A DNA stretch of 64,000 nt from an uncultured Ruminococcus sp. (lineage in GTDB: Bacteria; Bacillota; Clostridia; Oscillospirales; Ruminococcaceae), in contig CAYNPW010000002.1 in assembly GCA_964399215.1 (NCBI GenBank), forward strand, positions 41,554 to 105,553, written 5' to 3'. The position numbers and the translations under genes are program-made. Of the stretch, positions 36,322 through 45,971 are shown piece by piece. Below the pieces are notes generated by a model that was not told the DNA's origin, did no database searches, and was given only the letters and a program-made list of their open reading frames with translations. How positions within the stretch are numbered: the stretch's first letter is position 1; every line of letters begins with the position of its first letter.

Positions 36322-37488
36322 ATGTATGAAAATTTCAAGCTGCTGAGAGATATTATCAATGCTGACATAAAAGCCGACTGTACCGTAGGCGCAAAGCTTG
36401 CGGTCATTCACAAGGGAGAGACGGTTTTCACCGAAACTTTGGGTATGGCTGATAAGGAAAAAGGCATTCCTATGGGAGAGGATACTATGTTCAGACTTTT
36501 TTCTATGACAAAGCCTGTGACCGCATGTGCAGCTATGATATTACTGGAAAGAGGTAAATTTGAACTTAATAATCCGATTAAGTGGTTTCTGCCGACCTTT
36601 GAAAATCCGACTGTGCTTGACGATCAGGGAGAGCGTCCCGCTGACAGGGATATAACAATAGGCGATCTGCTAAGCATGACTTCAGGTATTCCTTATCCCG
36701 ACGGACATCTTTCCGGGCAGGCTATGGGAGAACTGTGGGGTATTCAGTCGTATAATTACCTTAACGGCGGCAAGGTTTATAATACCAAGGAATTTGCTCT
36801 TGAAATGGGAAAAAAGCCGCTGACCTTTACGCCGGGTAAGCAGTGGATGTACGGCGCTTCTGCCGACGTAATGGGAGCTGTTATTGAGGTTATTTCCGGT
36901 ATGACCTTAGGAGAGTTTTTCAGAAAGGAAATTTTTGAGCCTTTGGGTATGAATGATACGGGCTTTTATATATCCAAGGAAAAATATCACCGTCTGGCTC
37001 AGGCTTATGAGTATAAGGACGGTAAAAACGTTCCTTTTACTCATTTTCATTTGTGTCTTACAGATTACAGTAAACAGCCTGCCTTTGAGTCGGGCGGAGC
37101 GGGTCTTGTATCCACTGTTGAGGACTATTCAAAGTTTGTGAAAATGCTTATGAATAAGGGCGAGTATAACGGTGTGAGAATTCTCGGAAGAAAGACAGTG
37201 GAGCTTATGACGAGAAACTTCCTGACAGATGAGCAGAAAGTAAGCCTGAACTGGGACAGTACCGTAGGTCATGGCTACGGCTGTTTTATGAGAGTGCTTG
37301 AGGACGGTACAAAAGCGGGACTTAATCAGTCTGAGGGGTCTTACGGCTGGGACGGCTGGATGGGCTGTTATTTCAGTATAGACCCCAAGGAAGAGCTTGC
37401 AATGCTGTATTTCATTCAGCAGGCGGGCGCAGGCTGTACAGGAACGGTTCGACGTTTGCAGAATGTGATATGGGGAACCATATCATAG
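36322..37488 (+). CDS. serine hydrolase of the beta-lactamase / PBP4*-like (class C-related) family
   Basis: SxxK motif in MFRLFSMTKPVTA. Family-typical motifs GDLLSMTSGI and GGAGLVST are also present. Confidence 0.8.
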   Translation: MYENFKLLRDIINADIKADCTVGAKLAVIHKGETVFTETLGMADKEKGIPMGEDTMFRLFSMTKPVTACAAMILLERGKFELNNPIKWFLPTFENPTVLDDQGERPADRDITIGDLLSMTSGIPYPDGHLSGQAMGELWGIQSYNYLNGGKVYNTKEFALEMGKKPLTFTPGKQWMYGASADVMGAVIEVISGMTLGEFFRKEIFEPLGMNDTGFYISKEKYHRLAQAYEYKDGKNVPFTHFHLCLTDYSKQPAFESGGAGLVSTVEDYSKFVKMLMNKGEYNGVRILGRKTVELMTRNFLTDEQKVSLNWDSTVGHGYGCFMRVLEDGTKAGLNQSEGSYGWDGWMGCYFSIDPKEELAMLYFIQQAGAGCTGTVRRLQNVIWGTIS

Positions 37489-37664
37489 GGCGAAAGTTCG
37501 GAAAAGATTTAAAACATTATTATATTAAGGTAGGAAATTGATTTTAGTGAAAATAATATATGGATTATTCGATATGGACAAGAAATCGTAAACAGGCAAG
37601 TAAAGGCTATTCAAAGAACACTTGGTTTTGTAGGGCATCGCTGAAAATTATTTGTAAGCAGAAA

Positions 37665-37711
37665 CCTCAGGACGGACGGTTCTGTCCGTTTTACTGAGTT
37701 TCGGATTTTTT
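37665..37711 (+). terminator. rho-independent terminator (nested hairpin plus U-run)
   Basis: CCTCAG..ACGGAC GGTTCT GTCCGT..CTGAG followed by TTTCGGATTTTTT. It lies about 175 nt after the stop of the serine hydrolase gene. Confidence 0.75.
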
Positions 37712-37722
37712 GAAGTTAACTC

Positions 37723-37751
37723 TTGACAACTTTTGAATAATGTGATATAAT
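37723..37751 (+). promoter_or_regulatory. consensus sigma-A promoter TTGACA-17-TATAAT
   Basis: TTGACA at 37723..37728 and TATAAT at 37746..37751, directly upstream of the riboswitch. Confidence 0.7.
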
Positions 37752-37759
37752 TCCTTTAC

Positions 37760-37880
37760 AATGTTTGTAAGGGAGTAGTTGCTGAGGATATATCCTCAGG
37801 GTAAGTCAACATGCTGACCTTTATTGGTCTGGCTTGCCGGAAGAATATTTATTCTTGATTAACAAGACTTACATACGGCT
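37760..37880 (+). promoter_or_regulatory. yybP-ykoY (manganese) riboswitch aptamer
   Basis: Conserved GGGAGUAG (37771..37778) and GUCAACAU (37805..37812), with the GACC...GGUC and GGCUUGCC elements. The closing helix is UGUAAG/CUUACA (37766..37771 with 37868..37873). The downstream gene is mntP, a canonical target. The expression platform extends to about 37975. Confidence 0.75.
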
Positions 37881-37990
37881 AAGGGATCATTTTGTATTTC
37901 GGTTTGCTGTATGTGGTTTTAAGTCGGGTGCAGCTTGCTGTATTCGGCTTTTATTATGCCCTGAATCAACCAAAGGAGAGTTATTAAAGT

Positions 37991-38581
37991 ATGGGATTTA
38001 TCGAGCTTTTTCTTATCGGAGCCGGACTTTCAATGGATGCGTTTGCGGTATCGGTCTGTAAGGGTCTGAATATGCGTAAGATCAATGTCTGTCATTCTGT
38101 CGTGATAGGTTTGTTCTTCGGCGGCTTTCAGGCGCTTATGCCGTTTATAGGCTGGACTCTGGGAAAGCAGTTTGAACAATATATTACTGCGGTAGACCAT
38201 TGGATAGCATTCGCTCTGCTTTCCTTTATCGGAGGAAAAATGGCTTACGAGGTAATTAGGGGCGGCGATGACAATTCTGACGATCGTAAGAATGAAAAAA
38301 CTCAGGGCGGAGATAAGCTTGATATAAAAGAGCTTTTAATGCTTGCGGTAGCCACAAGCATCGACGCTCTAGCCGTGGGTATCACCTTTGCGTTTTTGCA
38401 GGTTTCGATCCTGCCGTCCATAACCGTTATTGGGATAACTACTTTTGTTTTTTCTGTGGTAGGCGTGGCTATCGGAAACCGTTTCGGGGCAAAGTATAAG
38501 GATAAGGCTGAGCTTGCCGGCGGCATTATTCTTATTCTTATCGGACTGAAAATTTTGCTTGAAGGTATCGGAGTCCTATGA
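37991..38581 (+). CDS. mntP: manganese efflux pump MntP (DUF204)
   Basis: 196 aa. The N-terminus FLIGAGLSMDAFAVSV and the repeated ATSIDALAVGITF motif are the two DUF204 halves. Confidence 0.85.
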   Translation: MGFIELFLIGAGLSMDAFAVSVCKGLNMRKINVCHSVVIGLFFGGFQALMPFIGWTLGKQFEQYITAVDHWIAFALLSFIGGKMAYEVIRGGDDNSDDRKNEKTQGGDKLDIKELLMLAVATSIDALAVGITFAFLQVSILPSITVIGITTFVFSVVGVAIGNRFGAKYKDKAELAGGIILILIGLKILLEGIGVL

Positions 38582-38665
38582 TAAACCTTTCTAAGTTATC
38601 GGGATTTTGGATATTTACACAAAAAATCCCCCTTAAAGATAGTGTTTTATTACAAATAAAAAGGA

Positions 38666-38694
38666 TTGATTTTTTCTGCGGGATATAGTATAAT
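38666..38694 (+). promoter_or_regulatory. sigma-A-type promoter TTGATT-17-TATAAT
   Basis: TTGATT at 38666..38671 and TATAAT at 38689..38694, upstream of the FemAB-family gene. Confidence 0.5.
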
Positions 38695-38819
38695 ATTATG
38701 TGTAATTATGCCATAAGCGGCTTTGTGTTAACAATGTGTTATAGTCAATGCCTTGCGTAGAAAAGCTCCACAGTGTTGACATTATGAATTAACGGTGATA
38801 TAGAGAGGAATTTGAAATT

Positions 38820-39920
38820 ATGGAAATCATAAACAAATCTGACGGCAAGCTGCTGGAGGAATATGAGGAATTTGCAAAAAACAGCGTATACGGAAACTTT
38901 ATGCAGTCGCTGAAATGGCCTAAGGTCAAGGATAATTGGGGCTGGGACGCGATTATTTCCCGAGACGCAGAGGGAAAGATCGTCGGTACTTGTCTGGTTA
39001 TTATAAAGAAAATACCTATTTTCGGATGTACCTTTATATACGCTCCGCATGGACCTGTGTGCGACTGGAGCGACAGAAAGGTCATGGCGGATATTTTTGA
39101 GGGTGTAAAGGTTCTGGCAAAAAAACACAAGGCGTATCAGTTTATGATGGATCCTCCCTTTGAGGAGAAGGAGAGAGAGCTTTCAAAAATTATTACAGAT
39201 ATGGGATTTACTCATATTGACGACGCACCTGAGTTGTCTACTATTCAGGCGAGAAATAATTATATGCTGAGAAATATTGCGGGTAAGACTCCCGACGAGG
39301 TCATGGCGAGCTTTAAACCTGACTGGAGAAACAGGATAAGAAAAGCGGGCAGAAAGGGCGTTTACTGCAAGGTCTGCGGTACTGAGGCACTGGACGATTT
39401 TTATCCTCTTATGGAGGCTACGGGTATCAGAGACGGTTTTTCAATAAGAGGCAAGGAATATTTTGTAAAGTTTATTAACGGACTTGGTCCCGAGCATTGT
39501 CATCTGTTTATGTGCTATGTTGAGGAGGACGGTAAGGAAATTCCTCTGTCGGGGGCGGTGACTACTCAGTATGCGGGAAAGACCTGCTATGTATACGGAG
39601 CGTCGGCAAATCACCACAGAAACCTGTATCCCAACTATCTTATGCAGTGGACAATGATAAACTGGGCGATAGAAGGAGAAAACTACATTTATGATTTCCA
39701 AGGCATACCCTTCTATAAGGACGAAACAAATCCGAACTACGGCGTATATAAATTCAAGAAAGGCTTTAACGGTGAAGTCGTGACTTATGCGGGAGAGTAT
39801 TTCTATATTTTCAAGCCGTTAATGAAGAAGATAGTTGATCTGTGCGAAAAAATAGTAATGAAAAGGCATGAGAGACAGAGATTGAAGCTGGTAGCAAACA
39901 GAAATACTGATATGAAATAA
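38820..39920 (+). CDS. FemAB-family aminoacyl-tRNA-dependent peptidoglycan peptidyltransferase
   Basis: 366 aa with FMQSLKW..VK, APHGPV, YAGKTCYVYGASAN..RNLYPNYLMQW and GVYKFKKGFNG, all characteristic of FemX/MurM/FemAB proteins. Confidence 0.85.
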   Translation: MEIINKSDGKLLEEYEEFAKNSVYGNFMQSLKWPKVKDNWGWDAIISRDAEGKIVGTCLVIIKKIPIFGCTFIYAPHGPVCDWSDRKVMADIFEGVKVLAKKHKAYQFMMDPPFEEKERELSKIITDMGFTHIDDAPELSTIQARNNYMLRNIAGKTPDEVMASFKPDWRNRIRKAGRKGVYCKVCGTEALDDFYPLMEATGIRDGFSIRGKEYFVKFINGLGPEHCHLFMCYVEEDGKEIPLSGAVTTQYAGKTCYVYGASANHHRNLYPNYLMQWTMINWAIEGENYIYDFQGIPFYKDETNPNYGVYKFKKGFNGEVVTYAGEYFYIFKPLMKKIVDLCEKIVMKRHERQRLKLVANRNTDMK

Positions 39921-39926
39921 ATATTA

Positions 39927-39956
39927 AAAAGGCGGATATGATGTCCGCCTTTAAAA
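39927..39956 (+). terminator. rho-independent terminator
   Basis: GGCGGA (39931..39936) pairs with TCCGCC (39944..39949), flanked by AAAAA and TTTAAAATG. Confidence 0.7.
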
Positions 39957-40040
39957 TGTTAAAAACATGAAAAGGCGAGGATATGTCGCTTAAACTATTC
40001 AATGTAATAAATAATGTAAATTAAACAGGAGGTCACCAAA

Positions 40041-41174
40041 ATGCGTCTCTACGCTCCTGATATATTCACCGATTTCATCTGTTCGGGCTCGGAATGCAGG
40101 GACAACTGCTGTACTATAGGCTGGGATATTGAAATTGACTATAAAACGTTGGCTTTTTATAAGTCCCTTGACAGCGATTTAGGTAAAAGGCTTGCGGCTA
40201 ATATCTATGAGGAGGACGGCTGTCATTATATGCGGCAGGAGGGAGGCTGTCCGTTTATGAACGAAAACGGACTTTGCTCCGTTCAGCTTGAATACGGCGA
40301 GGAGCATATTTCAGACATCTGCCGAGAACACCCACGCTTTTATGAGTGGTTCGGAGACTACAAGGAGGCGGGCGTCGGACTTAGCTGTGAAAAAGCCGCT
40401 CAGATGTTGGTGGAGCATACTTCTCCGATCTTGTTTACGGAACGTCAGACCGACGAAGAACCAGACGATCTGGAGTTTGACGAAAAGCTTCTGAATGCTG
40501 TAAAAAAGCTCCGCGACAGACTTATTGACATTCTCCAGAATAGGGGATATTCGGTTAAGGAACGGCTTGGCATTCTTTTGTGTGCCTGCGATGATATTCA
40601 GCAGGCAGTTGATACGGAGGACTGCGGCAGACTTAAACAGCTTTCGGGAATGCTTGCGATAGAAGGATTTCTGCTTGAAATTGTCAGCGAGGCTGAGTGT
40701 GATAAATCCGTAAAAAAATCGGAGGCTTATGAAAGTCTGCTGGAGATCTTTATGCAAATGGAGTATATTCGCCCCGAGCTGAATGAAAAATTCGGATATA
40801 TAAAGGACAATATCGGCAGCATACTGTCCGCAGAAAAACAGTTTGATAAATCCTACGGCGACGATCAGTTTGAGCTGGAGCATATTGCAGTTTATTTCAT
40901 TTATCGCTATCTGATCAAGGCGGTCAGGGATTTTGACATAGAGGGACGAATTTATTCTGCTGTAATATGTACTATGATGATAAGACTGCTCTTTATGGCT
41001 GAATTTTATAAAAAAGGAGGACTTATCGACAAGGAGAGCCGTGCTTTGCTGATAAAGGAGTTTTCAAAGGAGATCGAGTACTCCGCTGAAAATATGGAAA
41101 TGCTGTACAGCTTCATATATGAGGACGGTATGTTGTTTGAAAAACTGAAAACCGTTATTTTCGGGGAGGTATGA
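40041..41174 (+). CDS. FliB-family (flagellin lysine-N-methylase-like) Cys-rich protein
   Basis: The N-terminal motif FICSGSECRDNCCTIGWDIEID plus GGCPFMNENGLCSVQ and ICREHPR match the CxxxCxxxCC..W.I.ID pattern I associate with FliB. Confidence 0.55.
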   Translation: MRLYAPDIFTDFICSGSECRDNCCTIGWDIEIDYKTLAFYKSLDSDLGKRLAANIYEEDGCHYMRQEGGCPFMNENGLCSVQLEYGEEHISDICREHPRFYEWFGDYKEAGVGLSCEKAAQMLVEHTSPILFTERQTDEEPDDLEFDEKLLNAVKKLRDRLIDILQNRGYSVKERLGILLCACDDIQQAVDTEDCGRLKQLSGMLAIEGFLLEIVSEAECDKSVKKSEAYESLLEIFMQMEYIRPELNEKFGYIKDNIGSILSAEKQFDKSYGDDQFELEHIAVYFIYRYLIKAVRDFDIEGRIYSAVICTMMIRLLFMAEFYKKGGLIDKESRALLIKEFSKEIEYSAENMEMLYSFIYEDGMLFEKLKTVIFGEV

Positions 41175-41392
41175 AAATGGGTGTTTTCACAAAAAACGTT
41201 GGAGGATCGGTCCCCTCCGAGTGTAAGGGTATGGAAGTAAAAATGCAGACCTCAGTCTGTACAGGTGAAAAAATCATTGGATTTTATAACAGAAATACCC
41301 GTGAGCTTATGTATTCCGAGCTTGTGAAAAGTCCGAGAGATATTCAAGAATTTTATAAAAAATACGGTATAAAACAGGAAAATAAGAATTAA
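41171..41392 (+). CDS. small conserved hypothetical protein
   Basis: The start overlaps the upstream stop (ATGA). The core MQTSVCTGEKIIGFYNRNTRELMYSELVKSPRDIQEFYKKYGI resembles a short Firmicute protein family of unknown function. The real start may be the internal MEVKMQ. Confidence 0.45.
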   Translation: MKMGVFTKNVGGSVPSECKGMEVKMQTSVCTGEKIIGFYNRNTRELMYSELVKSPRDIQEFYKKYGIKQENKN

Positions 41393-41432
41393 ATCAAAAT
41401 CACCCCGCATAATAATATACGAGGTGATTTTT

Positions 41433-41921
41433 ATGAAAATAAAAAGCTTTAATTTTCATGCGATAAAGGTTAAACCGTTTGTGATCTCGCTCATCATTCC
41501 TTTTGCTTCCGGACTTATTTCCTATTTTATTTCGGGGGATATAAAAGCCGTTTACGCCGACATTGATAAGCCCTTTTTCGCTCCTCCCGACTGGATATTT
41601 CCGGTGGTGTGGAATATTCTTTTTCTTCTTATGGGCATATCCTGCTATATGATTTTTGTCAGCGGATCTCCTGTGCGTAAAAAGGCTCTGACGTTCTATG
41701 GAGTTCAGCTTTTTCTGAACACTTTCTGGACATTCATTTTCTTTAAGCTGGAAATGTTCCTTTTTGCTTTGATATGGATAGCGGCAATACTTGTTCTTAC
41801 GGCGATAATGTGTATGTATTTTTACAATATCAAGCCTCCTGCGGCATATCTGCAAATACCGTATTTGCTGTGGCTGACCTTTGCGCTTATGCTTAATGCG
41901 GGAGTTTATTTTCTGAACTGA
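41433..41921 (+). CDS. tspO: TspO/MBR tryptophan-rich sensory protein
   Basis: Five TM helices with PFFAPPDWIFPVVWNILFLLMG, FWTFIFF and YLLWLTFA motifs. ATG 41433 follows GAGGTGA. Confidence 0.85.
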   Translation: MKIKSFNFHAIKVKPFVISLIIPFASGLISYFISGDIKAVYADIDKPFFAPPDWIFPVVWNILFLLMGISCYMIFVSGSPVRKKALTFYGVQLFLNTFWTFIFFKLEMFLFALIWIAAILVLTAIMCMYFYNIKPPAAYLQIPYLLWLTFALMLNAGVYFLN

Positions 41922-42046
41922 AAAATTCAAAGAATGGATCGGACGGCAAAACCGTTTGTCCATTCTTTTTATTTGTGAAAATGAAGATATTATACAAGAA
42001 ATCATTAATTTTATGATGTATAATATTAATGAGGAGGTGCAGTAAA

Positions 42047-42874
42047 GTGAGTAAAGAAGTCAGAACTATCTGTTATGATGACGAACTGAACCTTGAAGCA
42101 TATCGTTTTGAGGGAATAGTACAGCCATTTCCCAATCATTTTCATGATTATTATGTGATAGGTTATGTTGAATCGGGTACGCGCCGTCTTTTATGCAAAA
42201 ATAACCAATATATTATAAAGGCGGGGGATCTTTTGCTGTTTAATCCCAATGACAATCACGGCTGTACTCAGAACGATGAGGGAACTTTTGATTACATGGG
42301 AATAAATATTCCTGTGGATACAATGCTGTCATTGACAGAGGAGATAACAGGCAAGCATACTTTGCTGGGATTTTCTCAGAATGTGATAACAGACAGTACA
42401 CTGCGGATATGTCTGAAATCACTTCATGAGATGATCTTGTCGGGAAGCGAGAAGCTTGAAAAGGAAGAAATGCTTTTCATACTTATTTCCATGCTGTCAG
42501 AGAACTATGGACAGCCTTTTGAAAACTGTATTCCCGAGTGCCGTGATGAGATAGAAACAGCCTGCCTGTTTATGGAGGAGCATTATACCGAGCATATTTC
42601 GCTGGAGCAATTATGCAGATGCAGTACATTAAGTAAATCGACCTTGCTGAGAGCGTTTATAAAATCCAAGGGAATTACGCCGTACCGATATTTGCAGTCT
42701 GTCAGGATAGGTAAAGCAAAGGCTTTGCTGGAACAAGGAGTAAAGCCCATAGACGCGGCATTGCAGACAGGTTTTGCAGACCAGAGCCATTTTACGAACT
42801 TTTTTAATATGTACATTGGACTGCCGCCTGCCACATATAAAAGGATATTCAAATCTATGCACAAAGACGGCTGA
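42047..42874 (+). CDS. AraC-family regulator with N-terminal cupin sensor domain
   Basis: The cupin domain includes PFPNHFHDYYVIGYVESG..AGDLLLFNP. The C-terminal AraC double HTH is CSTLSKSTLLRAFIKSKGITPYRY...GFADQSHFTNFF. GTG 42047 lies 9 nt after GAGGAGG. Confidence 0.8.
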   Translation: MSKEVRTICYDDELNLEAYRFEGIVQPFPNHFHDYYVIGYVESGTRRLLCKNNQYIIKAGDLLLFNPNDNHGCTQNDEGTFDYMGINIPVDTMLSLTEEITGKHTLLGFSQNVITDSTLRICLKSLHEMILSGSEKLEKEEMLFILISMLSENYGQPFENCIPECRDEIETACLFMEEHYTEHISLEQLCRCSTLSKSTLLRAFIKSKGITPYRYLQSVRIGKAKALLEQGVKPIDAALQTGFADQSHFTNFFNMYIGLPPATYKRIFKSMHKDG

Positions 42875-42911
42875 AAATCATAAAAGACAAAGCGAGAAAG
42901 AGGAAAAGCAA

Positions 42912-43334
42912 ATGAATACTGAAAACGAAAAATGCGTTATAATAATAGACGAAAAACTGCCGATTGGCATTATTGCAAATACGGCGGCAATTATGGGTAT
43001 AACTTTGGGAATGAAAATGCCTGACGTTGTAGGCTCAGATGTAGCGGACAAGGAGGGCAATGAGCATATAGGCATTATACAATTTCCCGTACCCGTTCTG
43101 AAAGGCACTTCGGAAATAATGCGGCAGCTCCGCGTTAAGCTCTTTTCAGAGGAGTATTCCGATCTGACAGCTGTGGATTTTACCGATCTGGCGCAGAGCT
43201 GTAAAACCTACGACGAATTTATACGAAAAATGTCTGAATGCTCCGAGAACGATTTATCATATATCGGTATAGCTGTTTGCGGGAACAGGAAAAAGATCAA
43301 TAAGCTGACCGGAAATTTACCTCTGCTGAAATAA
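42912..43334 (+). CDS. DUF2000-like protein
   Basis: 140 aa. KCVIIIDEKLPIGIIANTAAIMGITLG ... PVPVLKG fits my memory of DUF2000. ATG 42912 is preferred over the longer track ORF, which overlaps the AraC gene. Confidence 0.6.
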   Translation: MNTENEKCVIIIDEKLPIGIIANTAAIMGITLGMKMPDVVGSDVADKEGNEHIGIIQFPVPVLKGTSEIMRQLRVKLFSEEYSDLTAVDFTDLAQSCKTYDEFIRKMSECSENDLSYIGIAVCGNRKKINKLTGNLPLLK

Positions 43335-43376
43335 AAAAGCGGGCTGTTGCAGTATTGTCAACAGCCCGCTTTTTGC
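43334..43376. terminator. bidirectional terminator
   Basis: AGCGGGCTGTTG (43338..43349) pairs with CAACAGCCCGCT (43359..43370), flanked by A-run and T-run. Confidence 0.85.
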
Positions 43377-43387
43377 TATTTATCCTA

Positions 43388-44620
43388 TTATTTATCGTTC
43401 AGCGGGAAAATTTTTTCAGGGCATATTGTCATCATATGTGTGATAGCAGGCTCAATATCTGCCCATAGTCCGCAGCCGTCGTCTCCGCCGCTTGATTTCC
43501 AAGCGAATACGCCGTTGTAGCCGTTGTTGTATGCGGATTCATATGCTGTTACTACATCGTAGGACTCATTGTCCGACGAAAGCGCAGGCATTTCACCTAT
43601 AACCACAGGCTTAGTTCCGTCAAGACCGTACTCCACAGGAGTCTGCTCGTACATAACGCCCCAGTTGGGTATCATCCAAGAGTACCAGTGAGTGGAGTAG
43701 AAATCAACATAAGCAAGTGAACTGTCATACTTTTCATTGTCTTTTATCAGGCTTGCAAGCTCCGTATCGGATATCTTATTGCCCATTTGATTGTCGGAAT
43801 TGTACTTTATCATACCCATTCCTACAGTTACAAGTACGTCGGAATTTGCGTGGATCGCTGCGCTGGCTTTTGCATAGTAGCTTTCGAGGTACAGCCAGTC
43901 AAGCTTTCCGCATTCCTCTTCTTCAACTATCCAATCAGGCTCATTGCAGAGGTCTATGCTCCAGAAATAGTCGCTTTCACCGTATCTTTCTACCAAGGGC
44001 ACTATATAATTGTCAACATACTGGTCAACCTTTTCATCATCTTGAATGAGAGTTCTCCACGCTTCATAATTTTCATTCTGATCTTTAAAATGGTCAAAGG
44101 ACTGCACAGTTGCCATTACATAAATGTGATACTGCTCAGCGAGGAGCATAAGATCGTCCAGATCTTCCCAGTGGGCGGTTGTTGCGCCCTCAAATGTGCC
44201 GTCAGGGGATATAAGCATTCCTACATCGCCGTTGCATACTATCCATATTCTTGCAGCGTTTACGCCTGCCTCGTGAAGCTTGGAGAAATGGTCGTTCCAG
44301 AATTCAAAGTTAAAGCTTCCGCCGAAATCGTTCCACTTGTCCCACGCGGCGTTTACACCGTTAAACCATATTTCTTCGCCGCCTACTATGAATTTTGTGC
44401 CGTCAACCGTTACTCTGGCGGAGCCGTCTGTGTTAGTGACAAAGTCCTTTTCGGGCATAGCTCCCTCAGAATTGGTATCGGCAGATGAACCGCCCGACGA
44501 TGTGCTGTCTGACGTTTCAGCCTTGCTTTCCGACGAACTGTCCGAACTGCCGCCGCATGCCGTTGAGCACATAAGCATTAATGCCGCAAGTGCAGCAGCT
44601 GTGATTTTTGAGATTTTCAT
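43388..44620 (-). CDS. glycoside hydrolase family 5-like lipoprotein (possibly beta-mannanase)
   Basis: Lipobox MCSTACGG and a Ser-rich linker. TIM-barrel motifs are IWFNGVNAAW, the acid/base residue in DLCNEPDW and the nucleophile region VVIGEMP. ATG 44620 follows AAAGGAAAGGA. Confidence 0.65.
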   Translation of the reverse strand: MKISKITAAALAALMLMCSTACGGSSDSSSESKAETSDSTSSGGSSADTNSEGAMPEKDFVTNTDGSARVTVDGTKFIVGGEEIWFNGVNAAWDKWNDFGGSFNFEFWNDHFSKLHEAGVNAARIWIVCNGDVGMLISPDGTFEGATTAHWEDLDDLMLLAEQYHIYVMATVQSFDHFKDQNENYEAWRTLIQDDEKVDQYVDNYIVPLVERYGESDYFWSIDLCNEPDWIVEEEECGKLDWLYLESYYAKASAAIHANSDVLVTVGMGMIKYNSDNQMGNKISDTELASLIKDNEKYDSSLAYVDFYSTHWYSWMIPNWGVMYEQTPVEYGLDGTKPVVIGEMPALSSDNESYDVVTAYESAYNNGYNGVFAWKSSGGDDGCGLWADIEPAITHMMTICPEKIFPLNDK

Positions 44621-44919
44621 AATTAAGTCCTTTCCTTTCGGGTATTTTGAATGTCTAAGAACCTTTATAAAGAAGTGTTCTTGCATAGTTTAACACACTT
44701 ATTATAGCACAAGGTATTGACAAATTCAAGATATTTTTGAAAAAACATGTACTTCGGATTTAATATTTCGCTTATATGTTTGATTATTTAATCTATTAAC
44801 ATGAATGGAAAGTACAAGCAATTATTTTTGTGCAAAATGACGTGCTCAAAAATTTGCATTTTAGAGCAAGATGTAGTATAATATAATAGTATGTATATAA
44901 TTTCTAATGACAAAGGAAG

Positions 44920-45924
44920 ATGACAATGATTTACAGACTGTTATGTACAAGCGCAGAGCGTACGGCGTATATGAAAAGCTATTCGCTTTTTATGTTTTTA
45001 ATGCTTATCTGCTCGTTTGCGATCACTTTTTTAATGCTTAAATACTTTAAGGGTATTTTGCCTAAGGATCAGGGCAGACAGTTTGCGGTGAACGGCGCGC
45101 TGTCCGAAGGAAAGCCCAGAGGCTGCGGACTGCTGTTTATAACATCCTTTACCCTTTGCTGCGCTCTTTTTGTGCCGCTTAAGGTTGAGAGCATTATTTA
45201 TCTTGTGTGCATATACGGTGCAATGCTTACGGGCTATTTCGACGACGCTGCCGAAACTCCTTGGGGAAATCTTAAAAAAGGCCTGTTTGATCTGGTTATC
45301 TCCTTAGGCGCGGCAGTGACATATTATCACTTCAACGGTTCGGATATAAGAATTATGCTGTTTGGTATCGAGAGCATTCACATTCCTGCGGCGGTATTTA
45401 TTATTCTGGCCGGGGTTCTTGTGTGGACAGCCATAAATGTGACCAACTGCTCTGACGGTGTGGACGGACTTTGCAGTACGCTTGTCATGGTAGTGCTGGC
45501 GGTACTGATAATGATGTCGTCCTTTGCAAGAAGTTCGTTCGGCGGACTGTCGCCTATGATAATGCTGGCGGTTCTGGCGGCATATCTGTGGTTTAACTGC
45601 TCCCCGAGTAAAATGCTTATGGGAGACGCAGGCTCAAGGGCGCTGGGAGTTTTTCTTGCGGTGATTTTTCTTGATTCCAAGGCTCCGTTCAGCTTTATAC
45701 CCCTGTGTCTGGTTATTATTATTGACGGCGGACTGGGACTTCTCAAGCTGTCGTTCAGACGTTTCCTTAAATGGAAGAATTTTATGGACGGCGTCAGAAC
45801 TCCCATACACGATCACGAGAGAAAGAACAAGGGCTGGTCAGATACTCAGGTAGTAACACGTTTTGCAATAATTCAGCTTGTTATTGATTTGTGTTATATG
45901 GCCGCTGTACAATGGATCATTTAG
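44920..45924 (+). CDS. divergent MraY-like polyprenyl-phosphate phospho-sugar transferase (GT4 family)
   Basis: MraY motifs in order: YFDDAAE, NVTNCSDGVDGL, MGDAGSRALG and PIHDHERKNKGWSDTQVVTRF (MraY has PxHHHFE..GW.E..VV.RF). The N-terminal K.GTPTMGG box is not conserved. The start is 44920, or 44926/44971. Confidence 0.7.
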   Translation: MTMIYRLLCTSAERTAYMKSYSLFMFLMLICSFAITFLMLKYFKGILPKDQGRQFAVNGALSEGKPRGCGLLFITSFTLCCALFVPLKVESIIYLVCIYGAMLTGYFDDAAETPWGNLKKGLFDLVISLGAAVTYYHFNGSDIRIMLFGIESIHIPAAVFIILAGVLVWTAINVTNCSDGVDGLCSTLVMVVLAVLIMMSSFARSSFGGLSPMIMLAVLAAYLWFNCSPSKMLMGDAGSRALGVFLAVIFLDSKAPFSFIPLCLVIIIDGGLGLLKLSFRRFLKWKNFMDGVRTPIHDHERKNKGWSDTQVVTRFAIIQLVIDLCYMAAVQWII

Positions 45925-45971
45925 CATACACGATTTATAATAGAAAATAAAATTATGAGCTAAGCAGCGTT

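Noticed and set aside
37900-37955. Direct repeat TTGCTGTAT (two copies about 38 nt apart) in the Mn-riboswitch expression platform
   Set aside because: It is probably part of alternative terminator/antiterminator pairing. It is too short and AT-biased to interpret without folding software.
37834-38061. 75 aa plus-strand ORF upstream of and overlapping mntP
   Set aside because: It falls in the riboswitch expression platform and overlaps the mntP start in another frame. It has no RBS.
38745-39130. Two overlapping minus-strand ORFs of 113-127 aa
   Set aside because: They are antisense to the 5' end of the FemAB-family gene and its promoter. No support was found.
41400-42005. 201 aa basic ORF on the minus strand
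   Set aside because: It is antisense to the TspO gene, which has clear family motifs. Its Arg/Lys-rich composition is typical of reverse-frame translation of a hydrophobic protein gene.
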